Shown one piece after another: positions 28,577 through 40,404 of a DNA stretch of 64,000 nucleotides (position 1 is its first letter; the number at the start of each line of letters is the position of its first letter). A program made the position numbers and the translations under genes. Below the pieces are notes generated by a model that was not told where the DNA came from, ran no database searches, and was given only the letters and a program-made list of their open reading frames with translations. Origin of the DNA: Chrysomallon squamiferum. Taxonomy: Eukaryota > Animalia > Mollusca. The stretch spans positions 19,096,001-19,160,000 of the forward strand of contig CM022673.1 in NCBI GenBank assembly GCA_012295275.1, read 5' to 3'.

Positions 28577-31500
28577 TTATTATTATTTTTTAATTTATTA
28601 TTTCTCCCCCACCTGATTGTTGAGGCATGTTAAAACTATCAAAAATGAAAGGCAATCACAAAGAAGACAAAAATATATTGGTCACACGTTTAACAGCGAA
28701 TTAAATCTGTATGCAGATAGATTTAAAAACTGGGTTTTTTTTATAGACACTGATTTGACATGCAGTGATATGCAACTGTAAATGTTTTAGTTTTGTAATT
28801 TATTTTCAATCGTCATTTGTTAATTAAAAAAAGAGGGGGGATGAAGTGAAGTGTTTCAGTAATATGGTAACTTTAGATATTATAAATTTTATTATTTTAT
28901 TTTAAGGGAACCTCGGCTAATAAAGCATCTTGAGACAAATTTTAATCCACAGTTATGTATGATCTCCAGTACTAAGGTGAGTTCACCAACCTTTACCTCT
29001 ACACATACACACACGTTAATGAGTTGCACAGTGATAACTATTTTCTTTCTTATGTGTCAAACACAATAAGTACAGTAAAATATCACAAAATCAGCATGAT
29101 TTCAGCAATTTTTAACAGTACCCATGAATATCAAAAAAAAAATCAGACTGAGTGTGTTTATGGTAATGGACTTATAAGAGGAATAAAACCCATAGCTTAC
29201 TTTGTAACAATGACTTCCTATGATATGCACATAACTTCTAGTTTGTGTCAAAAGTCAGCTGTGCCTATTGGCAGTACATTGCATCAATAAAAAACAGTTA
29301 TGGCTTAATTTGTAAAATAAATTGTCAGTTGAATATCTTTGATGTGTAAAAGTATTAATTATATTTTGGAGAACAATATTAAACATGATTGAAGGCTGCA
29401 AGATGAAGTCACTTGATTTTAAGTATAAAATTTGCTACCAAAACCAAAACTAACATTTCGTATAGCAAAATATTCTGTGTCTGGCAGTATATTATAAACA
29501 CACCTTTTTGTTTTTGTTTGTTTGATTTATTGTTCTAAATTCAGAAATTTACAATTATATTTTTTTTTTTTATTTATATGTTATTTAAATTAAATTAATT
29601 AACTAATTAATTAATTTATTTATTTTGATCTGGAAAATAATGCTATAAGAGGAAAACTGACTTTTACTCAGAATTTTTTTAGAGTAGTAACTAAAAATAT
29701 TATATCCATAAAATGTTTGTTTTTTCAGCTGTCAGATGAAGTAAGCAAACACAGGTCGTCTAGTGACAGTAAGAATGTTAATTATTGTGTTATCTTTAAC
29801 AAGAGATTAATTAACATTACAGCTGTGTAATAAAGGCCTTGATCAGACAAGCCTAACTGAAGAATCTGTGTTTAATGCTACATAGAAATGTTTAGCAATA
29901 AATTATATCATTTCAACATAAATCACAGATAACTTCAAAAGTCTGTGTCAGTACTTGGTATTTGTGTATGAATATTTATATTCTTTAACATGAGTGTAAT
30001 TTATTATTTTGTAAATTTCGTAACATATATTAATATTTTTGCAGATATCGTTGTTATAGTGACAGCCTTTAAGAAACAAATGTAGGTTTTGAAAAAACAT
30101 GCATATGTTGAATATTTATTAGTAATGTTCTGTACTGGTTAATTAATATGTTATTAAATATTTTCCTTATATTTTTGCAGAGAACATAGAACATATGACA
30201 CCTTCAGCAAGTTCCAGCAAAGAAAATATTGTTAGTGGGTTTACTGTGGAAGAAAAGAAGAAATATGTTGATGATACATTTTCTTATTTTGATCGAGTTA
30301 ATAAAAGAAATCAAGAAATATCACAAGTAATGTATTTCACTTGTTTTGAATTTTCTGTTTCCAGATACAACTTCAATGACTTAAAACAGCATATCCATAC
30401 TTGAAACTACTTCATTATTTTTTTTTTTTTGATACTACAAACTTATAGTCACATCATAACGTTCTAATGATAATGAACAATGGAATTAGCTGAAACATTG
30501 AACTTTGTTTAATTTGATGATATGCTGTTATCTTGGGGTAATTAACTTTAAAAGATATCCAGCATATTTCTTTCTTGAATATGATAGTAAATACAGATTA
30601 AAGGAATTTTATTTGCTGTACTTTAATTACTTTAATTTACAGATGCCAGAAAATTTCAAGCTGAATAAAAGAAAACTGATAGAACTGATGCCAAATCTAC
30701 CCAGACAACAACAAAAACAACTTATACATTTATTCAAAAGAATTGTATGTAATGTTAGCTTTAGACACTTTACTAAACAGAATTTGACTCTTTCAATTTT
30801 TCAGTTATTGTTTTAGTGGTCATAATTTTACTTCTTCTCTTGCTATAGCTGTGGTGTCATACCTCATTTTCATTGGTCCAAGTATAGTTTACTTTTTCAT
30901 AGTTCACATTTTTCACACACATGATTATATCCACCTCATTAGTAAAGTGATTATGACAACTACATTTTCTAAAATTAACATTACATAGCATTATGATACC
31001 TAATAGTAATAAAGTTTTCTGACGTCAATATTTGATCTGTTAACAAATTTTATAACTTACCTAGATTTTGCTTGAACCATAAATATTATCTGATGCTAAT
31101 TCTCTCATCTGACAACAAAAATTATTATGACACAACAAATTAACTTTAATGTTATGTACAAGACAGATATATAATTTTAATATTAATATCAGTGGTTAAT
31201 TTAATCACATTTTAATTTATAATCACATCTGTTTAGTTTTATTAAATTTGTTTTGAAAAAGAAGTAAAAAAATAATACTTCTTAAAAACATCAGTAGTTC
31301 TTAAATACTAAAATCTTATAACAGAAATAAAAAATTAAAACAAAAAAATAAAAAAAATCTTTTGATCATGATTGTAATATTTGCTCTTTCAAAACTGAAT
31401 AAAAAGTTCTGTGGTGTATAATACAATACCTTTCTTGCAGAATGAGCAAAGAGCAGAACAACAGGCAGCAATGCTGTTCCAAGAGTTGTGTGACAAAGAC

Positions 31501-31590
31501 TTGAAAGAGAAAAGAGCAGAACAGCAGATGATCATACACCGCTTGTCTCAAAAACTTCAAGAACTTTACAAAATAGGAATGGAGATGTAG
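27870..31590 (+). CDS. Uncharacterised small protein of about 177 aa with a predicted C-terminal coiled coil
   Basis: Exons 27870-27895, 28907-28976, 29729-29768, 30181-30326, 30643-30744 and 31441-31590 have GT-AG boundaries and compatible phases. They give MASLTTPIKEPRLIKHLETNFNPQLCMISSTKLSDEVSKHRSSSDKNIEHMTPS...KKKYVDDTFSYFDRVNKRNQEISQMPENFKLNKRKLIELMPNLPRQQQKQLIHLFKRINEQRAEQQAAMLFQELCDKDLKEKRAEQQMIIHRLSQKLQELYKIGMEM*. The first three short exons are less certain. Confidence 0.7.
28133..28396. mobile_element. MITE, ATGGCCGTAACTA-terminal family, copy 1 (intronic)
   Basis: Termini atggccgtaacta...tagttacggcc(ggcc)atg. Internal sequence (tctttttgaaatgaggcaaaaa, gaagtcagttatg, tagacttcgaacagtaaccgtagacata, tttcggtatga) is shared with 43115-43471. 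Confidence 0.75.
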
Positions 31591-33339
31591 GAAATTTACC
31601 TAGTTAAATGAACTGTTGTTTTTTTGTTTTTCAAATATTTAATACATTTTTTTATATATATATATATGTATGTATGTATGTGATAATACATTTTATTTAT
31701 AGACTAAAATAAATCTGATTTACTTCAATGGAAACAAGTGACTAAAATTTTCAAAGAAATAAAAATATGACTCAAAAATATTTTGTCTTTTAATAATTAT
31801 TTTTTTTCAAAATAGTTGTTCATTTAAACTTTCACACGTGATGTAATATCAAGATTATTATTATTCTAATTTTTTTAGTGATTGTAATAAAAATAATTAC
31901 AACAGAAAACTGGTCAACAAAACAATATGAACAAAAATGTAATAAATGTGAATGTTACATGCTCAGATTCAAGATTTAAATATTTATCAGGTTTCTTTTA
32001 TTATCATTATTATTTTACATGTTATGTATCGGTGAGGAGGTTTCAGTTTTCTGTAATTCCATCAACAATGCATGTGTATGTGTGTACGTATATGTATATG
32101 TATGTGTATATGTATCTCAAATGTTTTTTTATCAGATATATAGATCATACATTCTTCAGATAAAAACCTTTCAACTGACTTGATTCATTTATAAATATAT
32201 TATTTCTATATTTGGAATTCATATTTATTTCCATTTTTACAGAATGATTAAAATAATTATGTTGGTCTGGTTTATAAATATAATTTCATTCCACCAAATA
32301 ACTATTAAAAAAACAACAACAATGCTTTAATGTCTTCCTTTTATTAATCCTTGTTCCATAAATATTATTATTTTTAATTATCTCATACATTTTCTTATCT
32401 GCAGAAGCAGTTGTTTTCTAAGTGAGATCAGTCTGCATAAATGTTTATCAAACAACTGTAATTAATTTTCTTTAATGTGTGGTTGTTACTTCACAACAAA
32501 TAACTACACTAAAACAACACTTCTAGTTAGTTTCTGTTGTTTGTTATCACTATTCATCAAAGAGTGAATGTCATAAAATTTTTCTTGTAGTTATATAATT
32601 GTTTTTCATTATATTGCGGTCCAGTGCTCTTTTCATTTAATAGCTATTAGAAAGATCTCTGTTTCTTCTCAAGAGTCAACTAGAAATATACCTACAAAAG
32701 AAGAGTAACGATGTTAAATAGTCTATTATTTTATAATAAAAATAAATAGATGAAAAAATGTTTTAAATACTATAATTATTATTGTTATTCAGTTATTTTA
32801 TCAGTTACAATCAAATATTAAAAAATTACAATATTTAATGTGTTCTGATTTTATTTTGGAAATTAAGGAAACCGAATAGCCTCTGCTTACTAATATATGG
32901 TATTATCAAAGCTGGAGATGCAAAGTCACCATGGATTAAATGTGAACCTGCGAACAACTTTATTCCACTGACCTGTTCGTTTCTTAACTTTATGATAACT
33001 ATAATATTTAGTTTATTACCTTTTATTTTCATAGTCTTAGCAGCAGTCTTAACATATTAAAACATATGGCAAACAAAAACGAGAGGCAGTATGTGTATTT
33101 GTGTGTGAAAATTTCGATATGTTTGTATAAAACGTAACGGAATTCTGGATGTTATCTTTCAGTTTATAATGTCACGTTTTGAAACAAAATGGGAACGGTA
33201 CACACACATAAATGATAGAAGAGGTTTTACTGTTCAAAATTGAAATATTTAAGTGTTTAATAATTACAGGAAGTTGAAAACTAGCTTCATATGTAAACCG
33301 ATCGATTTACTGTTGAGAATCTGAGACGGGCCCCAAGGC

Positions 33340-33470
33340 TCCGCCCCAACACGATATAAAGATTATCCAATTCAATAAACTTTTACTTAGTCTGTCATTC
33401 AACTGCAGTATAAATACAGATGACTAGATAAACGACACTAATAGGAATGTGACTGTGATTTTAAAGTAAG
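33340..33470 (+). promoter_or_regulatory. Putative core promoter and non-coding first exon of cystine-knot gene 1
   Basis: GC box ctccgcccc (about 33341), TATA-like gatataaag (about 33353), donor tttaaa|gtaagt (about 33465) and acceptor tttcag (33825) just before the ATG. Confidence 0.45.
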
Positions 33471-33829
33471 TTTGTTTACTATTCATTTACAAACTGATAG
33501 GAATATGTGTATTTCGTCAATGCTTTAATATCATTACTGCATGATAAATATAATAATTATTTTATTTTATACTCTATGATACCGTTATGTTTGAAAACAA
33601 CAAAAATTATATAAGGTTATGAATCTTTGCCTAAGCAAAATTATTACATAATCACATAATAATTATTTTTCGATCCAACGATGATACAAAATAAAATAAA
33701 CGACATTCTGAACAATTAAAATAATAATAAAGAGAAGAACAATGACAACAACAACAAAAATATTAATACTAATAATAAATTTAAGAAGCATATCTAATTA
33801 TCATATGTCATTACATACTTTCAGGTATA

Positions 33830-35716
33830 ATGCATTTAACGGAAACAGTACTATTATTGCTGTGCTTGACTTCAGCGGCCGACTCGGTCACCCGCACCAC
33901 GAACCAGTTTTGTACAATTCAGTTTTGCTGGGGTTTTAATTATTTTGATTTGCCGAAATATTACGGAGGGCTGTTTAAAACTAGAGATCAAATTTTACAA
34001 GAAAGTTTCAGATGGGCCGTTAGTCGACAGAGGCGATATGGACGGACACTTTTTAGGTTTTTGGGAATAATATTTAGAACGTCATATGAGTTCGGAAATG
34101 ATTTTGATATATGCTGTCCAACGTAAGTATTGTTACTATAAACCTTTCAAGTTATTTAATACAGCTGTTTGTTTTTATCTATATTTTTAATAGATATGAA
34201 ACAGGTAATAACTATGAAAATTCAGATATCATAAATTCCGAAAAGTATAAACACATAAAATAAAACTGGATTAGATCCATAAATTATGTTAAAGCATAAT
34301 TAAAGGAAAACAATGAAAATTTAAAACATTGTATTAATTCGACCATTTTTATTAGAAAGAGCTCTCAGCAATTATAGCGAAACTGAATTCAGTAATAAGC
34401 CTAAACTGGGATGTGCATGACATTCTATATGTTTTGTACTGACGTCAGACACATCTAAGAAGACGCAAAATATACAGACCCAGTAAGGCTAGAAGCTTTC
34501 ATAAATATTTAAGAAAATATAACAGATATGAAAAGAAAAAATATATATTATTTTTGGCCTTTTGGCCCCATTACTGGTCAAAAAGCCTACACTTACAAAC
34601 TTAAAAAGGAAATCTCAGTGTAAAATGCAGCGTTTGCAATAATGTTTTATTTATTACTTCCTAGTTTTACGTAAATATCAAACAAATATTCCTAATTTGA
34701 ATTTGATGAATATTAAAAACAGATGAAAACAATTAAATGGATATAACAACTAACTGCTTCGTTCGTCAGCTTTTCCACTGGGGGCGGGAAGGAACATTTT
34801 AAAACTAAAGTTTGAAAAATTACCTGCTGACCAGCTATGTGAATTGATATCTGATATTTAGAGGAAAGGTATTCGAACACGACTAATAGTTCATTATATC
34901 TAAACTTTTAATTTATCTAACAGTATCCTAGCTTTATAACTATGTAAATATTTATGTTTATATTTTGTGTATTGTTTCACATTTTTCCATTAAAAATTTG
35001 CGGTTTTGTTTGTTTGTTTTTTTAATCTTTATAATAACAGTAATCTTAATTTCCGCAATATTCACTTAATATCTTTTCAGTGTGACTTTTCTTATTTACT
35101 TTGTACTTAAATTTAAATGGTTCTGGGAGTTCTGGACCAGATAATCTGCAACCAAGTTAAGAAGCAGAATAAAATTTATTTTTTGTTTCTATATTGAAAA
35201 TAACTGAATTATTTTAACAGCACTCATTCCCACATTAATCCGACAACTTTGACAAATATTAACGGAGAAACACGAATTATCATCCACTTCGATCAGCTGC
35301 AACCACCTCAGTACCAGTGGATCCCAAATGCTGAATGCTCGTAAGTGTTTCTGTTTTTTTTGATAAATTGTGAAAAATGAAAATACTGCCTTTTACTAAG
35401 TATCTTACTTTTTTATTCTTTATTTCAAACTGTCTTTGTCCTTTTTGTCTACGTTCATGACTCGGTGTTTCGTTGTTGTTGTATTAATGAAGGTTTTATC
35501 ATAATAATATAATATTATTTTATTTTATTTTATTTTATTATTTATAATAATAATACAATATTATTTTATTTCAGCTCAGCTCCACATTTCTGTAATGGTG
35601 TATGCCGAATTGAAAATATCAGCATGTATCTACTTGTTGCTGATTTTACCAAAAATCCGCCTTTTGAATTCGACACTTTTTCCATTCCTGGATACTGTTC
35701 TTGCAAAAGTTCCTGA
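33830..35716 (+). CDS. Secreted Spaetzle-like cystine-knot prepro-protein, paralogue 1 (184 aa)
   Basis: Exons 33830-34122, 35221-35340 and 35575-35716, both introns phase 2. Signal peptide MHLTETVLLLLCLTSAADS; furin-type RQRR; domain CCPTTHSHINPTTLTNINGETRIIIHFDQLQPPQYQWIPNAECSSAPHFCNGVCRIENISMYLLVADFTKNPPFEFDTFSIPGYCSCKSS*. Confidence 0.85.
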
Positions 35717-36071
35717 AATCTAAAATTATGAAATATTCACTGTAGCTTAAATGTTTAGAGAAACTGGTTCTAAATTTCGAGTTGTTCAGTATGCGACCTT
35801 TTCTAAACAGACTGAGAGCTGGTCCCCTGTTCTTCGGTGTTTTTGAGCCTTAGTGATTTTATTTTTATGTAAATGCACTCTCATTGTTATATGTTGTTTT
35901 CACAGACGAAAATACATTGTCTCGACACTAATTATAAACTACATTGAACTGCTGTTAATTTTCAAATTTTCTAAATTATACTGAACAAAAATATTATTTC
36001 AGATTACGTGGCTGGTTGCTAATTCCAAAGATGTACACTTCTCAACAATACAATATTGGAATTTATTTTTA

Positions 36072-37010
36072 AGTAGGGAAACCGGGGAACAGAGGATCAC
36101 AAATCTTCTTTTCCTGTTTTTCTTCCAGGTTAATGGCAGCATGGCTAATACCTAAACGGTTAATGATAGAGAGGGTCATTTTTGGCTGTGCGGTGTTTGA
36201 AAATTATTTTCAAAATGATTCGCTGTGACCCCACTACCGGGGTAGAGTGGATGAACAACCAGGGTACAGTGGATTAGCCCAGAGTCAGTCATTATAAACA
36301 ATTACATTTTTCACACAAATCAATTTATTTGAAAGTTATAAATAATTTACAATATCTGAACTGCTTTTACATCTTGTAATTCCAAGTCCTCTGCCCGCTG
36401 CTGATCAAGTGCATCTCGTGCACCTCCTTCCACCTGTCATTCCCTCAGACGCTGCATGGAACTGGTCTACATTGGTTTGGAGCTTCGGTTTCTTTCGGCT
36501 TATCTCTGCTACGTTACTATCTGGGCCACCTTGTTTTTAAATCTTCCTTTTTCCGTTCTTCAAAAGCTATTCTTATTTCTTCCTTGATCGGGGTCCTTTT
36601 CAGGACTGTAGATTTAGACCTACCCTTCCTAAATCCTCGCTTGTTTTTTCCTTGGTGGTGCATTTGAAAGAAGCTTATTTCATCTGGGGTGACAATGCTC
36701 GAGTTTGCATTTGAAGTGGTTGCAACTGGTTCGAATTTTGCTGGCTTCCTGTAGCTGCATTTGGAGCTTGTTTTGGCATATCTGGTTCATGTGGCTGATA
36801 CACTTCGAGTTCTGTTCGGATTATCACACAGGAAGAATGGAAGACCTCAACCATCAAATACATTAGGATTGAATGGACAAACACCTTTGTTCTCGAAACC
36901 AGCTGTTATGTTCTTGGGAGTGAAGGCCAGTGTATAAGCACTGAATATGATCTTGCAAAAGTGATCCACTGTACCCCGGTCTACTGTGACCCATATGCGC
37001 TTCATATACA
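36072..37010 (-). mobile_element. Degenerate pogo/Tc1-mariner superfamily transposon, 3' fragment
   Basis: Frameshifted transposase C-terminus FCKIIFSAYTLAFTPKNITAGFENKGVCPFNPNVF, typical of the region after the DDE_1 domain, followed by a basic RGFRKGRSKS..RTP tail. TIR-like taggggaaaccgggg (about 36073) and subterminal repeats accggggtagagtgga / accagggtacagtgga (36236-36275). Confidence 0.7.
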
Positions 37011-40000
37011 AACCTTTTTCTAAAAATGGCAATCTGAAGACGAAAGACAATATCTTCATAATCTTCACAAAACATCCCTCTAATCAAATATTCAAAACAT
37101 AATGAATGGTTTCTTAGCACTTTATGATCTATACTACATAACAAAAGTATATTAGTCAAAAAAAAAAGAAGACTTTAGCCTATTTCTGGCAGAGAACCAG
37201 CGATGTTCGTGTGAACTTTTTTCCGCCAGAGGATATTCGTGCTACATTCTGGGATAGCTCACATAAACCGGTGATGTCGATGAAAATATGCAGTCTGCTA
37301 TAACAATAACAGGACATTCCTGAAGTTATAATCTAATAAATAATGCCTAATTCTATTAAATAACGAGAGAAAAAATTACTACATTGTGGAAGAAAGAAAT
37401 GGAAAAATTAAATTTCAAATCGGAGTGATCGTTAAAAATATAAAGTTTTAATGAGTTAAGTGTTAGCATCAGAAAAGTAGGTCATGTAGGTTGTGTGTTA
37501 CATAATGCAGCTTGCCTAAATTTTATATTTATTATACATTTCTTGGAGGAGAAAACGTGTTTCCGAGAATTTCTATTTTAAAAAATGTATTTATTTACAG
37601 TGCGGTTCAGGTTGGAATATTAGGTCACTATTTTCATAAAGAGTAGCTAGAACATAGGTGCATTACTGAATAGTCAACATTACCTGTAACTGATTATTTA
37701 TTATCAATTAATAAACACGACATCCTCTTCTATTAATAACTGGTATTAAAGTCTGGTATGTGATATAATTTAATTTCTTGTTATTATGTTTATTATTAAT
37801 CCAGGACAAATTTATTACCAACTTTAAATAAACATTTTGAATCCGATGTTAAATAACTTCTGAGTAAGAAAACAGTAAATCTATGCTATGTTATAATAAG
37901 TGTGCATACATTACTCTGCGTTGTTTATACGTATATATTTGGCATCAGTGGAAATTAATAAACAATCAGATGTTAAATATTGTGTTTACTTTTTTCATAT
38001 TTTTGGCTCGTCAGATCTTCGAATGAACTTGTTTCCGTAACGTTATCAAACATGGACCTAATTTATACGATTTTCTATTTTAGTTGTACATAAAACACAA
38101 AAATTGGAGACGGATCTGTCACGAATAACATAAATATGTCTAAAGACCAGTAATTCTATTCCTGTCAACTCTTCTTGCTAAAGACGAAAAAGTTGACCTA
38201 TTAACCCTTTGCTATACAACGTGGATGAAGGTTCACTATTTTGTGATAGGTCGTCTAGTGCACACTGACACAATATTCACGTTAATGAAGCTACATCGTT
38301 TATATATATATAATGAAACAACAATACCTTTTGTTAACGTTAAACTAACTCTCCATTATAAATTATCAATTAGTGACTGCTTCATTACGCCTTAGCTTAC
38401 TGTACACTACATTCATTTATTTATTTATTTATTTATTATTATTAATTTTTTTATTATTATTTTTATTTATTTATTATTATTATTTTTTATTATTATTATT
38501 ATTTATTTTTATTTTTTTATTTTTTATTTATGTTTTATGTATGACGGTAACATATATATGCAGACTATAAGAAATTCATAAGCTGATATAGAAAAAAACA
38601 TTAGTGATACTCACTAACAGTTTGCACCTCAGACCAAAAATTATAATTGTTTTATCAAAAGACTTGTTCAAATATTAATGTGTTCATTATGGCTTTGTTT
38701 CAACTTATTAGTTTCTAATTTTTGTTTTATTTGGTGATGAAAAACAGACAAAAGGAACATTCAACTAAGTGTCGTTGTACATGAATATCAACATATTAAC
38801 TTGAACTGTTGAAACATATCACACAATGAACAAAAACAAAACAATAACTAACAAGCAAAATATTTCTATGATTGCAATAAAAATAAAGGAGACCTTGAAA
38901 TATTGGCCTTCTAGGGCCATTAATAACATCTTGCCTACGCTGGTAAGAAAATACCTTTAGCTAAAGCTAGTCTGAACTTGGTCACTGCTCTTCTCAGTGA
39001 CACATAGACCTATTACTGGGATAACATCTGTCTGGCTAAAGTGACAAACTAATACATGTATTCTGTACAGACATGAATCAAAACAAATTTCACATTACTA
39101 AACAGTAGCATTTTCTAACAGGGAAAGGTGGACTGGTAATTACAGAATAATTACGAACATTTTTAAATTTTACAAATTTTTGTTTGTTTGTGGGTGTTTA
39201 ATACGACAAAAAAGTTAATACAAACAATTTCTGAAGTACAGAATAAATAAAAAAGTAATTAAAATAAATAAAATAAATAAAATAAAGGTTAGTTTGAACA
39301 TTTTCCAGAATGTCATTTTAAATTTTGTTTAAATAGTCTTTTTTTTCTTCTTCTTCATTTTTATTATTATTATTTTTTATCCTTGAATGAAATGCTACGT
39401 AGATAACGGGATATTTTGTTGTCTTCATAGTCTTTATTCTCCACATTTTAAATGAACTGGACCTAAAGTGTTACAAGTTTGTTTTACTTCGAACTATTAA
39501 GTGAAATACGCATTGCCCGCATACACACACACACACACACGGTGTGTTGTTGATTAAATACGTTTTGTCAAATTATATACAAATGCACATGTCTTTTTCA
39601 GAAACTGCAATGATAAATGAAACACACACACACACACACACACACTTGTATTTATTTATTTGTTGAAAATAAGTGGTCAAAGACAGTAAATTGTAAAAAA
39701 AAAAAAAAAAAAAAAAATTAAATTAATGAATATTGTTTTACCCGAAATGTGACGTTTTAATATGAGTCCTAGCCGTTCAGATCTCAGAAAAGTTCTGAAG
39801 TTTTATGTCATAAGACAGTGACAGAATGACATTTAGACACACGTAGCATTCCATCTCACTACCAGACCCCTCACAGGTCTGCACTTTGTCTGAGTGCGGC
39901 GGTCAGCAGGTCGGACTTACTTAACCAGAATTTGAAAGATATCCACATGGTAAAATTGTTATTTACTCAGATATATATTTTATTATATACTGTCATTTTT

Positions 40001-40404
40001 ATTGGTTTTCGATAATTTTTATAACGGAGAGAACGACAACAAACAATAATTATATATATTAAAATTAATTCAAAACTTTGCAAACGTATATATATATTTT
40101 TTTGAATTATAGAATTTTAATACTCTTTTTATTGTAGTAGTTGCTGTTGTTATTATTAATAGTAGTATTAGTAGTATTAGTAGTAGTAGTAAAAGTAGTA
40201 TTCTAGTAGTGATTGTAGAAATCTTAATTTTGATAATACCAAAAGGCTGTATTAGTAATATTGATATGGAGATAGTGATAAGAGATAATGAAAGACAGTT
40301 TCAGGGGAAACATAGAAGAAGGTATAGTACAAATATTTGGTAATAAATATTTTTTAGTAAGTTACATCCTACATAAATTTCTCAATATTGCATTTTCAGT
40401 AAAA

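Noticed and set aside
30045-30081. Extra 37-nt exon candidate in the orphan gene
   Set aside because: Inclusion shifts the frame to an early stop and the flanking exons join in frame without it. It could at most be a poison exon, for which I have no support.
40288-40404. N-terminal extension of paralogue 2 in the ORF track (likewise 48704-48564 for paralogue 3)
   Set aside because: Splice acceptors lie just upstream of the ATGs that begin the signal peptides, so the extensions are intronic or UTR.
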